A stretch of DNA of 64,000 bases from Desulfobacterales bacterium (GCA_963674755.2 CAXXVS010000002.1:384001-448000), one strand, 5' to 3'; numbered from the stretch's first letter, positions 33,533-44,243 are shown. Translations and numbers: made by a program. The notes: generated from the letters alone by a model not told the origin.

Positions 33533-35257
33533 GTGAGCCGTAACCATTACCGCTCTGTCCGCACGACGATCCTGACCTGCATGATTCTGGTGCCGGTCAT
33601 TCCGTTCATTCTGATTCTGATCATCGGTTTTTACCACTTCAAAGTTTCCCTTGAAACCAGCACGGTTCGCAACCTGAAACGTATCGCCCTTGACCAGCGG
33701 GAGATCATCGATTCGTTTTTAAAGGAGCGCATTGCCGATCTGGAATTTATTCACGCTTCCTATACATTCGACACGCTGCGGCAACCCGAGGTTTTAAACG
33801 CCGTTTTCGCGCGCTTGCAGCTGGCCTCCAATGCTTACACCGATCTGGGGGTCTTCGACGAGGCCGGGGTCCTTGTAGCCTATCGCGGGCCCTATCCATT
33901 GACCGGAAAGGTCTACCGCGAAGAATCCTGGTTCAAAGAGGTGCTGCGACAGGGCGTCTATATCAGCGATGTCTTTCTGGGGTTCCGCAAAACCCCCCAT
34001 TTCGTGGTGGCCGTTGCCCGGGACAGTGCCCAGGGGCGCTGGGTGATCCGCGCCACCATCGACAGCCAGACCTTCAACACCTTGGTCAGCAGCGTTGAAA
34101 TCGGCCGCACCGGTGAAGCCTATATCACCAATCTGGATGGTGTTCTTCAGACCACCCGCCGCTCCGGTGGCCGTCCTCTCGAAGACCCGGGCGATGCCGT
34201 CGAGGCCGGTGAAACGATTCCGTTGGGCTACAGCAGCCATGGTGTCGATGTTTTGGCGAACACTTTTTTCTCCAGCAAGGATTTCCTTTACGCCGCGGCG
34301 CCCCTCAAGGGGGGGGCCTGGGTCCTGTTCGTGCGACAGGCCAAAGCCGATGCCTATGAGGCGCTGCGTACCACCATTTACATGACCGCCCTGATCTGTT
34401 TGCTGGGAGGCGGCCTGATTGTCGTGGTGGCCTTTTATCTTACCAATCGCATCGTCAGCCGGATGGAGAAAATCGATGCAGAAAAGGCGCAGCTGGGCCA
34501 ACAGCTCATCGGTGCCAGTCGATTGGCCGAATTGGGTGAAATGGCGGCCGGTTTTGCTCACGAAATCAATAACCCCCTCCAGATCATCAAAAGCGAGCAT
34601 GCCCTCATCGAAGCGCTGCTGTCCGACCTCAAAGAGGCCGGTTCTTTGCCGCCGTCCCCCGAACTGACGGAGTTGGAAGAATCCATGGCCCAGGTCAGTC
34701 TGCAAATTTCCCGCTGTGCCCAAATCACCCAGGCCATTTTGAAATTCGGCCGGCAAAGCGAACCGACGGTCAAGTCCATCGATCTGCGCGCGTATATCCC
34801 GGAAATCATCCAGATGGTCGCCAACCGGGCCAGCGTGAACGGCATCGCCGTGGTGCAGGAGGTAGGGACGGATACCGCTCCGGTGAAAGGTGACCCGGCT
34901 CAATTGCAGCAGGTGATGATCAATCTTTTCAACAATGCCTTCGACGCCATTATCGAGCGGCATGGCACTTCCGGCGGTGAGTTGCGTGTGACCACCGCCA
35001 CGCAAGCGGATGGGGTCGTCGAAATCACCGTCACGGACAACGGCAGCGGCATCAGTCCGGAAAATAAGGGCAAAATATTTTCCCCGTTTTTTACCACCAA
35101 ACCGGTGGGCCAAGGGACCGGGCTGGGCCTTTCGGTGTGCTACGGGATCATCGACAGCATGGGGGGCACCATGGCGGTGAAAAGTGATCAGGGGGGCGGT
35201 ACGGTCTTTTCAATCCGTCTGCCGATGGATAGGTCCGGCGGAGGAAAGCGGCCCTGA
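33533..35257 (+). CDS. Cache-domain sensor histidine kinase
   Basis: YRGPY..WF..SDVFLGFRK.PHF..RATID; AHEINNP; GQGTGLG. Confidence 0.92.
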   Translation: MSRNHYRSVRTTILTCMILVPVIPFILILIIGFYHFKVSLETSTVRNLKRIALDQREIIDSFLKERIADLEFIHASYTFDTLRQPEVLNAVFARLQLASNAYTDLGVFDEAGVLVAYRGPYPLTGKVYREESWFKEVLRQGVYISDVFLGFRKTPHFVVAVARDSAQGRWVIRATIDSQTFNTLVSSVEIGRTGEAYITNLDGVLQTTRRSGGRPLEDPGDAVEAGETIPLGYSSHGVDVLANTFFSSKDFLYAAAPLKGGAWVLFVRQAKADAYEALRTTIYMTALICLLGGGLIVVVAFYLTNRIVSRMEKIDAEKAQLGQQLIGASRLAELGEMAAGFAHEINNPLQIIKSEHALIEALLSDLKEAGSLPPSPELTELEESMAQVSLQISRCAQITQAILKFGRQSEPTVKSIDLRAYIPEIIQMVANRASVNGIAVVQEVGTDTAPVKGDPAQLQQVMINLFNNAFDAIIERHGTSGGELRVTTATQADGVVEITVTDNGSGISPENKGKIFSPFFTTKPVGQGTGLGLSVCYGIIDSMGGTMAVKSDQGGGTVFSIRLPMDRSGGGKRP

Positions 35258-35341
35258 TCATCCGGCGGGTGAGATCCACCGTTGCATATGATGGACGAAG
35301 TTCTTCTGATACGGAGAGATGGAAAGCGGGAGGAAAACCCT

Positions 35342-35788
35342 ATGGAAGCAATGAAGCTCATGCTGGTGGATGACGAGGAGCGGTTTTTGACAACGACCAA
35401 AAAGTTGCTTGAACGCAAGGGCTATGAGGTCTTGACGGCATCCAGCGGCGCCCGTGCACTGGAAATCCTGCGGGAAACCAATGTCCAAGTGGTGATTCTG
35501 GACGTCAAGATGCCCGGAATGGATGGTAACGCCACGCTGGTGGAGATTAAACGCCAGTTTCCCATGGTCGAAGTGATCATGCTCACGGGTCATGCCACCG
35601 TGGAGTCCGCTATCGAGGGTCTCAAAGCCGGTGCCAGCGACTATCTGATGAAACCCACCGATATCGATGACCTGATGGCAAAAGCCGAGGAGGCCTTTGC
35701 CCGCCGTCAGGGGTTGGAAGAAAAAATCCGGGTCGCGCGGATGCGGCACCTGATGAAATCCCCGCGTGCGATTATCGATGAGTCATAG
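35342..35788 (+). CDS. Stand-alone response regulator (REC)
   Basis: LVDDE, LDVKMPGMDG, LTGH, YLMKP. Confidence 0.92.
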   Translation: MEAMKLMLVDDEERFLTTTKKLLERKGYEVLTASSGARALEILRETNVQVVILDVKMPGMDGNATLVEIKRQFPMVEVIMLTGHATVESAIEGLKAGASDYLMKPTDIDDLMAKAEEAFARRQGLEEKIRVARMRHLMKSPRAIIDES

Positions 35789-35833
35789 AACCCTGCCCGG
35801 GCCGTTTGGTAACCGAGAAAAAGGATTTGCGCA

Positions 35834-37687
35834 ATGGCAAAGGAATCCAAGAAAAAAGCGACGGGTTACGATAAATATATCGACTGGAAACTGTTTGTTA
35901 TCCCGGTGGTGTTGTTTTTCCTGATTCTGGTCCTTCCAACGTCCGAAGGCATGAAAGACGTGGGGGCGGAATACAAGGTCGGGCCCAAGGTGGTGGTCGC
36001 GTATATCATTCAGGACCTCTTCCACACCTCGCGTACGGATGCCCTCCAGTGGCAGCTTCTCACGGCCCGGATCATGGAGCAGAACATGCAAATGGGGGCG
36101 CTGTCAAAAGCCCGCTTCATGAAACGCAACCTCAAATGGGCCCGCAACTACGGCATTCAGGCCGATGCCGCCAACCTGGAGCGGGCCCAGGCCTTTATCA
36201 AGGAGAATGTCAGCGACGAGGCTTTTGCCGCCCTGATGGCCGATGCGGTCAAGCTCCGCAAGGAAAAGCTGCGTTACGACGAGCTTACGGGGGATAACAA
36301 GGTCGCGGCCGAAAAGGGGGCCTGGCACATCAAAGTGGCCATTGCCATGGTGGTCTTCGTGGTCTTCTGCTTTTTGACCGAATGTATTCCGCTGCCGGGG
36401 GTCGCTTTCTGCATCGGCTTGATTCTGGTGTTTACGGGAGTCGTCAGCCGGAAGGAGGTGGCCGGTCTATACTGGGACGACGCCTGCTGGTTCATCATGG
36501 GCAGCCTCATGTTTGCCGCGGCCTTTGTCAAGACCGGCGTGGACAAGCGGGTCTGTCTGATGATGTTTCGCAAGCTGGCGGTACCCAACGTCAAATGGAT
36601 CACCCTGATCTTTTTCATCATCATCGCCCCCCTGGCCTCGTTCATCTCCGACCATGCCCTGGCCGCCATGTTCCTGCCCATCGGGATGCTGTTGTACCAG
36701 AACAGCCTTACGCGGGAAGTGCCCTCGGATCCGGAGCTGGGCAAGATGCTGATGATTGCTATCGCCATGGCCTGCAACGTCGGCGGGTTCGGGGCGCCTT
36801 CGGGCGGGGCCCGCAACGTGATCATGATGACCTACCTGAACGACATGTTCGGCATGGACATCGGCTATTTCCAGTGGGTGAGCTACGCGATGCCGTTTGT
36901 CTTCGTCATGATTCCCGTGACCTGGCTGGTGGTGAACTGGCGCTTCAAGCCCCGGATCGTCTCCCTGGCCCCGGCCATGGAGCATCTGCAAAGCGAAATC
37001 GGCAAGATGGGGGGCTGGAACCGCAAACAGGTGATCGCCTTGATTATCTTCGTGGTCATGCTGTGGGGCTGGTTCACGGAGAAGATCTTCTTCCAGCTGG
37101 GCATCTATCCGGTACGCCTGGGGATCGGGGTCATCGCCGTCGCCGGTGCCATCGCCTATCTGCTGGTGGGGATCGTCAATTGGCGCGACTACCAGGAGAA
37201 GGTCGATTGGGGCGTGGTCTGGCTCTATGCGGGCGCCATCATCTTCGGCAAGACCCTGGATGAAACGGGAGCGGCCTATTGGCTGGCCCGCTCCTGCATC
37301 GATCTGCTGGCCCCGCTGGGCATGGATTCGGGCCTTCCCCTGATGCTGGCGAACAACGGCTTGACCGCGGTTTTGACCAACCTCATGGCGGACGGTCCGG
37401 CGGCGGCCGCCGTGGGCCCCATTTCCTTGAACATGGCTGCCATGGTGCATCCCGGGACCACCTATCTGCCCTTCATGGCCATGGCCACAGCGGCGGCCTC
37501 CTCCTTTGCCTACTGTCTCATCATCGGCACGCCGCCCAACGCCATCGTTTACGCCAGCGGCTATCTGGAGCCCAAGGACTACGTACGGGTGGGGGCTATC
37601 ATGTGGGTGGTGGCCAATGTCGTGTTGGTGCTGTTGACAACCGTCTATTGGGTTTTCAGAGGGTTCGGCGACCTGCCGGCGTTCTGA
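35834..37687 (+). CDS. DASS/SLC13 family anion permease
   Basis: Multi-TM; TECIPL, FISDHA, GAPSGGARN, VDWGVV, IGTPPNAIVY. Confidence 0.9.
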   Translation: MAKESKKKATGYDKYIDWKLFVIPVVLFFLILVLPTSEGMKDVGAEYKVGPKVVVAYIIQDLFHTSRTDALQWQLLTARIMEQNMQMGALSKARFMKRNLKWARNYGIQADAANLERAQAFIKENVSDEAFAALMADAVKLRKEKLRYDELTGDNKVAAEKGAWHIKVAIAMVVFVVFCFLTECIPLPGVAFCIGLILVFTGVVSRKEVAGLYWDDACWFIMGSLMFAAAFVKTGVDKRVCLMMFRKLAVPNVKWITLIFFIIIAPLASFISDHALAAMFLPIGMLLYQNSLTREVPSDPELGKMLMIAIAMACNVGGFGAPSGGARNVIMMTYLNDMFGMDIGYFQWVSYAMPFVFVMIPVTWLVVNWRFKPRIVSLAPAMEHLQSEIGKMGGWNRKQVIALIIFVVMLWGWFTEKIFFQLGIYPVRLGIGVIAVAGAIAYLLVGIVNWRDYQEKVDWGVVWLYAGAIIFGKTLDETGAAYWLARSCIDLLAPLGMDSGLPLMLANNGLTAVLTNLMADGPAAAAVGPISLNMAAMVHPGTTYLPFMAMATAAASSFAYCLIIGTPPNAIVYASGYLEPKDYVRVGAIMWVVANVVLVLLTTVYWVFRGFGDLPAF

Positions 37688-37736
37688 CGCGGTGAGACAT
37701 CAAAGGGGGGCCGGTCCGAAAATGGAGAACAACCAC

Positions 37737-37901
37737 ATGCATTCATACCCAGCGGTTGAAGACGGCAAGCGCTTGGGACCCCTGCGCTTTTCGAAGGGGA
37801 AGATGTATTTCAGCCGCCGAAACGAGCGCCGCTTCTTTTTTATCCTGACCCTTATCATGCTGGCGGTCGCCGTCGCCGGTAAAATCGGTTTGTTTTTTTA
37901 G
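37737..37901 (+). CDS. Small single-TM membrane protein
   Basis: GGAG RBS; basic segment followed by hydrophobic C-terminal helix; fits operon spacing. Confidence 0.6.
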   Translation: MHSYPAVEDGKRLGPLRFSKGKMYFSRRNERRFFFILTLIMLAVAVAGKIGLFF

Positions 37902-37912
37902 AGGCCGTCATC

Positions 37913-38443
37913 GTGAACACCGCGACCGACATCACCCTGCGCAATTATATCCGGATCATGGGGCAGCTCTTGACCCGGCCGCGGGTCTTCTTCCGCACCC
38001 TGCCTCACGATCTGGGGATGAAGCGCCCGATGCTGATGCTGGTCGTCTCAAGCGTGATCTATGTCGCGGCCTGCCTGCTGAGCCGCAGACCCGCCGATCC
38101 GCTGACCTGGGGCGGGGTGCTGTTGGCCAATGCCCTGGGGATGGCCGTGATTACGGCTGTTTTGGGCTTCGGGGTCATGTTGGCCACGCGCGGGAAGCAG
38201 GTTCCTTTCGGTCCTTTTTTCAGTATCTATGCGCTTGCGAACAGCGCGGTTCTTCTAGTGGCCTGGATCCCGTTTGCCGGTTTGCTCGCCGAATTGTTCA
38301 AATGGTGGTTGATCGGAACCGGCCTGATCCGCTCTTTCGGCCTGAAGATGTGGCAGACCGCCGTTATCGTGGGCGTCTCGGTTATCGGGGTCGTGGTGAT
38401 CTTCAAAGGCGTTTTAGCCCTGTTGGGGACAGGGTCCGGCTAA
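37913..38443 (+). CDS. YIP1-family-like membrane protein
   Basis: LLTRPRVFF followed by about 5 TM helices. Confidence 0.7.
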   Translation: MNTATDITLRNYIRIMGQLLTRPRVFFRTLPHDLGMKRPMLMLVVSSVIYVAACLLSRRPADPLTWGGVLLANALGMAVITAVLGFGVMLATRGKQVPFGPFFSIYALANSAVLLVAWIPFAGLLAELFKWWLIGTGLIRSFGLKMWQTAVIVGVSVIGVVVIFKGVLALLGTGSG

Positions 38444-38554
38444 CGCCCCGACGTCCGGACGAGGGAACAATACGACCCCGCGGTACACCGACGTGCGACG
38501 CGAAGGCCATGGGCAGACGGATCACAGCAACCAACCCATAGGGAGATGTTGGCG

Positions 38555-39457
38555 ATGAGTGAGAAGATAAAAGTGTTGATGGTTGACGATGAAAAACAGT
38601 TTCGCACGACCACTGAAAAGCTGCTCAAGCGCAAGGGATTTGAAACGATTCTGGCGGCCAGCGGCGAGGAGGCCATCGCGAAGCTCGTCGAAAACCCCGA
38701 TGTGGTGATTCTGGATATCAAGATGAGCGGCATGGACGGCCACCAGACGCTGGTGCAAATCAAAGCCGATCAACCCGATCTGCCGGTCATCATGCTGACC
38801 GGGCATGGGGCAATGCCGTCGGCCCGGGAAGCCCTGGGAGAAGGCGCTTACGATTATCTGACCAAGCCTTGCGACATCGATCTCCTGGCGGCCAAAGTCA
38901 GAGATGCCTATTTCTACCGCCGGCAGGCGGACGAATTCCAGGAGCGGCGCGTAATGGGCGTCATGATACCGCTTCAGGAATACACCACCTTGAGCGGTGA
39001 GGCCAGCATCCGCGAGGCCGTAAAGGCCTTAAAAACATCTTTCACATCCCGGGAGTCCACCAGCCGCATCATGGAAACCGGCCACCGTTCCATTCTGATC
39101 ATGGACGCCCGAAACAAGATCGAGGGGATTCTGAGTATTCGGGATCTGCTTGAAATGGCCATGCCGCCTTATCTCAAGGCGCCCAAGCCCTCGACCGCCG
39201 ACAGTATTCAGTACTCCCCCATGTTCTGGAAAAACATGTTCAGCCAGACGATTCTGGCCAACGCCGAAACAAAGATAAACGACGTCATGTCACCGCCTCC
39301 GCCGACCATCGACGGTACGGCCAGCCTCATGGAAGCTGCTTATATGATGGTCTGCGGAGACGAACGGCGCCTGGTGGTTGAGCTTTCCGGGGAGGTCGCG
39401 GGCGTTGTCCGCGAGCAGGACCTCTTCTTCGCCATCGAGCGCATTTTGCGTTCCTAA
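38555..39457 (+). CDS. Response regulator with C-terminal CBS pair
   Basis: REC (VDDE, LDIKMSGMDG, LTKP), then GILSIRDLL and GVVREQDL CBS motifs. Confidence 0.88.
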   Translation: MSEKIKVLMVDDEKQFRTTTEKLLKRKGFETILAASGEEAIAKLVENPDVVILDIKMSGMDGHQTLVQIKADQPDLPVIMLTGHGAMPSAREALGEGAYDYLTKPCDIDLLAAKVRDAYFYRRQADEFQERRVMGVMIPLQEYTTLSGEASIREAVKALKTSFTSRESTSRIMETGHRSILIMDARNKIEGILSIRDLLEMAMPPYLKAPKPSTADSIQYSPMFWKNMFSQTILANAETKINDVMSPPPPTIDGTASLMEAAYMMVCGDERRLVVELSGEVAGVVREQDLFFAIERILRS

Positions 39458-39488
39458 ACGATGCCGCACCAGCCCTGCGAAAGATGGC

Positions 39489-39917
39489 ATGAATGAACCA
39501 TACACCATATTGATTGCCGACCGGAACTCCCACGTGCGCATGTTCTTGATGCGTGAATTGATGGCCGAGGGGTATCGCGTGCAACTGGCGGCCACGGCCG
39601 AAAATGTTCTCAAAATCGTGTACGCCCAGCAGAAGATCGATCTGGTGATTCTGGACCCCGATCTTCCGGGCATCGAAGCGGGCACGATGCTTGAAAGATT
39701 GGCGGACCGCATCCCGCTGTTGCCGGTGGTGCTTCACACCCACCGGCGGCACGACGAACCCGCCTTGTGCATCAACACGGCATGGGTGACCGTCGTTGAA
39801 AAGGCGGGAGACAGCGTGGAGCGTATCAAGGAGATCGTGGGGACGCTGCTGGCGACTTTCGGTCGGGATATCACCGCCGCCCATCGGGATCGCAATCGGG
39901 AAGGGGAGTTGTTGTGA
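39489..39917 (+). CDS. Atypical stand-alone receiver domain protein
   Basis: ILIADRN, LVILDPDLP, VVLHT, VVEK. Confidence 0.75.
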   Translation: MNEPYTILIADRNSHVRMFLMRELMAEGYRVQLAATAENVLKIVYAQQKIDLVILDPDLPGIEAGTMLERLADRIPLLPVVLHTHRRHDEPALCINTAWVTVVEKAGDSVERIKEIVGTLLATFGRDITAAHRDRNREGELL

Positions 39918-40142
39918 ACGCACCAACGATCGCGCCCTTGATGAGGCCCGTATCGACCTGCTGCGCCCGGCGGAGGGGTGGCGTGCGTTCCCGAAGCCAT
40001 TCGATCACGCTTGCGGCCGCGAAGACCGCCGGCATGCCACGCACGAATACAGGAGGCCGACTGCAATCGGTGACAGCGGCAGGCCAATGACGACCCTGTC
40101 AGATCGCAATAACGGACTTGATAGAATTCTGAAGGAGGATGA

Positions 40143-41804
40143 ATGGCACATCATACGCCCATGGACAAAGAGGCCCCCCGGGGATGGACATGGAAAAATC
40201 AGCCGGGGTATAAGCCCCTGCTGCTCTTGATCGCGGCCCTGGTCTTTACGGCGATTGTAATCCTGCCACCGCCCCCAAGCATGCTGAATATGGTCAGCAA
40301 GGTCAATCCGCCCGGTTACAAGCTGGCCCAGGGATGCAAGACCATCACGGATACCGTCAACAGGAAATTGCGGGCGGACGCCTTCCAAGCCTCTCAAAAC
40401 GCGTCATCATCCGACACATCCTCTCATAACGAACCCCTCCTTACCGCCGAAGAAGTGGCCCGCTTGGCCAAAATCATGGTGGCCATTTTATTCCTGGCGG
40501 CCTTTTTGTGGGGAACCGAATCCCTGCCCTTGGGGGCCACCGACATCCTGGTGGGGGTGATGCTATACCTGTTCACGATTTTGCCCATCAATGAGATTTC
40601 CCAGGCCTATATGAAGGACGCCGTATTTTTTATCTTCGGCATCCTGGCCGTGGCCGTGGGGGTCGCCAAGACAGGGCTCGATAAGCGGATCGGGCTTATT
40701 TTGCTGAGCCGTATCGGCAGTGCCAAGGCCTTTGCCTTCCTTTTCCTGCCCATGCTGGCGATATCGGCCGGCTTTTTATCGGAGCATGCCCTGGTGGCGC
40801 TATTGATTCCAGTACTAATGGGCATTTACAAGGTTACCTGCAAAATTCATGGCGTCAAAAAGGACCGCGCCCTGGCGATTTTCCTTTTGTTGGGCGTCTG
40901 CTTTGCCGCCAATCACGGCGGACCGGGATCGCCCGCCGCCGGGGGGCGCAATGCCATCATGGTCGGTTATTTGATGGAGTACGGATTTCCGATTTCCTTC
41001 CTGGACTGGATGAAAATCGGCATGCCCTTTGTGCCGCTCATGTCCGTCGTGATCGGCGCCTACATGTACATCCGTTGCAAACCCAAGTTCCAGGTCAAGG
41101 ACGTGAACCCCAGTGAAGTGGTCAAGGCCGAAGTGGCCCGCATGCCCAAATTCGGCGGGAAAGAGGCCCTGATGGCGATCATTCTGGTGGCCTTGGTAAC
41201 GGCCTGGATCGTACTTGGGGAACATGCCGGCCTCGGCGGTCCGACGCTTTATGCCGTCATGGCCATGTTCGTCTGCCGGATTATCACCTGGGAGGACGTT
41301 CAGGACGGCGTGGCCTTCGACGTGGTGGGACTGTATGCGGCCGCCTGCGCCATGGGGGTCGGTCTCAAGTTCACCGGTGGGGCCCTGTGGCTGGCCGATA
41401 CCTTTGTCAGCCTCCTGCCCGATGCGTTGACCAAAGGGGACGGTCTGGTGGTGGGCGTCAGCATCCTCACCGGCACCATGACCAATTTCATGAGCGACGG
41501 CGCCACGGTGGCTGCCCTGGGCCCCATTGTCCTGCCCATGGCGACCCTGGCCAACGTGAGCGTCTGGAAAGTGGGCTTGATTACCTCCTTCTCGTCTTCC
41601 TTCGCCAATTTTCTGGTGGTCGGCACGCCCAACAACGCCATCTGCTTCGGCATGGGGCGGGATCCCGAAACCGGCGAACGTCTGCTGGATGTCATGGATT
41701 TCATCAAATACGGGATTCCGGTGACGATTCTGGCCTGGCTCGTGCTTTGGCTCTGGGCGGTATTCGGCTATTGGCGGTTTTTGTCCTGGCCGACGGGCGG
41801 TTGA
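40143..41804 (+). CDS. DASS/SLC13 family anion permease
   Basis: TESLPL, FLSEHA, GSPAAGGRN, NFMSDGA, VGTPNNAI. Confidence 0.9.
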   Translation: MAHHTPMDKEAPRGWTWKNQPGYKPLLLLIAALVFTAIVILPPPPSMLNMVSKVNPPGYKLAQGCKTITDTVNRKLRADAFQASQNASSSDTSSHNEPLLTAEEVARLAKIMVAILFLAAFLWGTESLPLGATDILVGVMLYLFTILPINEISQAYMKDAVFFIFGILAVAVGVAKTGLDKRIGLILLSRIGSAKAFAFLFLPMLAISAGFLSEHALVALLIPVLMGIYKVTCKIHGVKKDRALAIFLLLGVCFAANHGGPGSPAAGGRNAIMVGYLMEYGFPISFLDWMKIGMPFVPLMSVVIGAYMYIRCKPKFQVKDVNPSEVVKAEVARMPKFGGKEALMAIILVALVTAWIVLGEHAGLGGPTLYAVMAMFVCRIITWEDVQDGVAFDVVGLYAAACAMGVGLKFTGGALWLADTFVSLLPDALTKGDGLVVGVSILTGTMTNFMSDGATVAALGPIVLPMATLANVSVWKVGLITSFSSSFANFLVVGTPNNAICFGMGRDPETGERLLDVMDFIKYGIPVTILAWLVLWLWAVFGYWRFLSWPTGG

Positions 41805-41842
41805 TACCATGCGGGCGCGGGTAAGACGCACGGGAGCGTGAT

Positions 41843-43504
41843 ATGAAGGAAGGCCTGTATCGTAATCTGCAGCGCAAAATCATTATTTGGACCTTGCTGG
41901 TCTCCCTGGCGCCGTTGCTGATTTTGGGGGCGACGCTCTATTATCAATTCGAAAATACCTGTCGGGGGAAAACCAAAGAGCAGATCAGCTATCGGGCCCA
42001 GGCCCAGGCCGAAGCCCTTGATTTGTTTCTCAAGGAGCGCACCGCCATTCTGAATGCCATGGCGGACACCCATTCCTTCGAGCACATGATCGAAGAGAAA
42101 AACCTGGCGCGTATCTTCGACGTCATGAACGCCCGGGCCGGCGCTTTTGTGGATTTGGGCATTATCGACAGCCAGGGCAACCATCGGGCCTATATCGGCC
42201 CGTATGATCTCAGGGGCCGCAATTACCTCGACCAGGCCTGGTTCGACGAAGTTATGATCAAAGGGTATTATAAAAGCGACGTCTATATGGGCTTTCGCCA
42301 GCAGCCCCATTTCATCATTGCGGTGCGTCGGCACGAGAACCAGCAGGCCTGGATTCTGCGGGCCACCATCGATCCCAATCGCCTGGAGGAAATCGTGCGG
42401 TCGGCCCAGATCGGCCGCACCGGAGATGCCTATCTGGTGAATCGGGAGGGGATTTATCAGACCCGCCCGCGCTTCGGAGGCGATGTGCTCGGCAAAGCCA
42501 ATCTTGATACGGACCAATTCGGCGGGCGGGTCACGGTCATCGAAATAGAGGATCCCGACGGGGAAGAACGCCTCTACGCCGGCAGCTGGTTGAATGACAA
42601 CAAATGGCTGCTGGTCATCAACCAGCAGCCCCTGGAGCTTTTGTCGCGCCTTTTCGCCCTGCGCCAAATCGAGATCTTCATCATCTCCCTGGGCGTTGTG
42701 GGCATCGTGATAACGACGATTCTCACAACCCGGCTGGCCATCAATCGCTTGCGCAAAAACGATCAGGAGCTGGTCGAACTCAACGCCCAGCTGGTACAGT
42801 CGGACAAACTGGCTGCTTTGGGCAAAATGGCGGCCGGCGTGGCCCACGAGATCAACAACCCCCTGGCGGTCATTTTACAGAAAACAGGCTGGATGGAGGA
42901 CCTCCTGGAGGAAGAGGATTTTAGCCAAAGCGAAAATGCCGAAGAGTTCCGCGAATCGATTGCCAAAATCGAAGAACACGTTGAACGGGCGCGCAAGGTG
43001 GTCCATAATATGCTTGGGTATGCGCGCAAAATGGAGCCGCGTCTGGAAGACGTGGACGTGAACGACACTATCAACCAGACCGTTACCTTGCTCGAAAACC
43101 ATGCCCGCATCAACAATATCGATATCCAGGTGGATCTGGAGGAAAGCATACCGATTATTGCCAGTGACCAGGCCCAGCTCCAACAGGTCTTTTTGAACCT
43201 GCTCACCAATGCCATCGATGCCATCGGCAGCTCGGGTTCCATCGATGTGGTCAGCCGACGCGTCGATGACAGGATCGTGGTGAACATCAGCGATGACGGC
43301 CCGGGGCTCAGTGAAGAAGCGCTGCGCAAGATTTTCGACCCCTTTTACACCACGAAGGGGGCCGGCAAGGGAACCGGCCTGGGCCTGTGGGTGAGCCACA
43401 GCATTATCGAAAAAATGGGCGGCCGTATCAACGTGAAAAACAATAGCGACAAAGGCGCCACATTTACGGTGGGAATACCGATTGTGATTCCGGAAAAAAA
43501 ATAA
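41843..43504 (+). CDS. Cache-domain sensor histidine kinase
   Basis: YIGPY..WF..SDVYMGFRQQPHF..RATID; AHEINNP; GKGTGLG. Confidence 0.92.
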   Translation: MKEGLYRNLQRKIIIWTLLVSLAPLLILGATLYYQFENTCRGKTKEQISYRAQAQAEALDLFLKERTAILNAMADTHSFEHMIEEKNLARIFDVMNARAGAFVDLGIIDSQGNHRAYIGPYDLRGRNYLDQAWFDEVMIKGYYKSDVYMGFRQQPHFIIAVRRHENQQAWILRATIDPNRLEEIVRSAQIGRTGDAYLVNREGIYQTRPRFGGDVLGKANLDTDQFGGRVTVIEIEDPDGEERLYAGSWLNDNKWLLVINQQPLELLSRLFALRQIEIFIISLGVVGIVITTILTTRLAINRLRKNDQELVELNAQLVQSDKLAALGKMAAGVAHEINNPLAVILQKTGWMEDLLEEEDFSQSENAEEFRESIAKIEEHVERARKVVHNMLGYARKMEPRLEDVDVNDTINQTVTLLENHARINNIDIQVDLEESIPIIASDQAQLQQVFLNLLTNAIDAIGSSGSIDVVSRRVDDRIVVNISDDGPGLSEEALRKIFDPFYTTKGAGKGTGLGLWVSHSIIEKMGGRINVKNNSDKGATFTVGIPIVIPEKK

Positions 43505-43528
43505 ATCACCATTAAGGGGGAGGCCCAT

Positions 43529-43987
43529 ATGGATTACTTCAGCATATTGGTGGTGGACGACGAAACCGATTTTCTGGAAACGCTGGTCAAGCGTCTCCAA
43601 AAGCGCAACATCGATACGGTGGGCGTCACCAGCGGTGAAAAGGCCATCGAAACCATGGCGCACAAACGCTTCGACGTGGTGATTCTGGATATCAAAATGC
43701 CCGGCGGTATGGACGGTATCGAGACCCTGCGGGAAATCAAACGCCATCATCCCTTGACCGAAGTGCTTCTGCTGACCGGCCACGGGTCGGTGGAAACCAG
43801 TATCGAAGGAATGAAAATGGGGGCCTTCGACTACCTGCTAAAGCCCATTAAGCTGGAAGATCTGATGGTCAAGCTGGGCGAAGCTTTCGAAAAGAAGGAT
43901 GCCCACGAACAGAAAATCAGGAAGGCCCGAATCAAAGAGCTTATCCGTTTCCCCGGCCGGGTGTTTCAGCAGGATAAAGAAGAATAG
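43529..43987 (+). CDS. Stand-alone response regulator (REC)
   Basis: VVDDE, LDIKMPGGMDG, LTGH, YLLKP. Confidence 0.92.
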   Translation: MDYFSILVVDDETDFLETLVKRLQKRNIDTVGVTSGEKAIETMAHKRFDVVILDIKMPGGMDGIETLREIKRHHPLTEVLLLTGHGSVETSIEGMKMGAFDYLLKPIKLEDLMVKLGEAFEKKDAHEQKIRKARIKELIRFPGRVFQQDKEE

Positions 43988-44243
43988 CTTTGTTATAGAG
44001 CATTACTGCAGAGAACGACGGCGGAACGGGCCGTTCCCCGTGCGATTGCGCATGGATGCCGGTTGAAGGCGGGTTCCATAGGGACCTTCAACCGGTTTTT
44101 TGCATTCCGGCCGAACCGGGTTAGCGTCTCGCGGTTTTTTTCGGAAGGCCGGCTGAAAATAGGCCTGTGTCACCTGATCAGCCGGCACCGCTTTCTTGGC
44201 GAGAGACTGCCCAACTACCTGGTCTGGCGCCTCGACACGGGAT

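Noticed and set aside
39796..40230. 144-aa ORF bridging the receiver and DASS genes
   Set aside because: Overlaps both neighbours in another frame; no motifs
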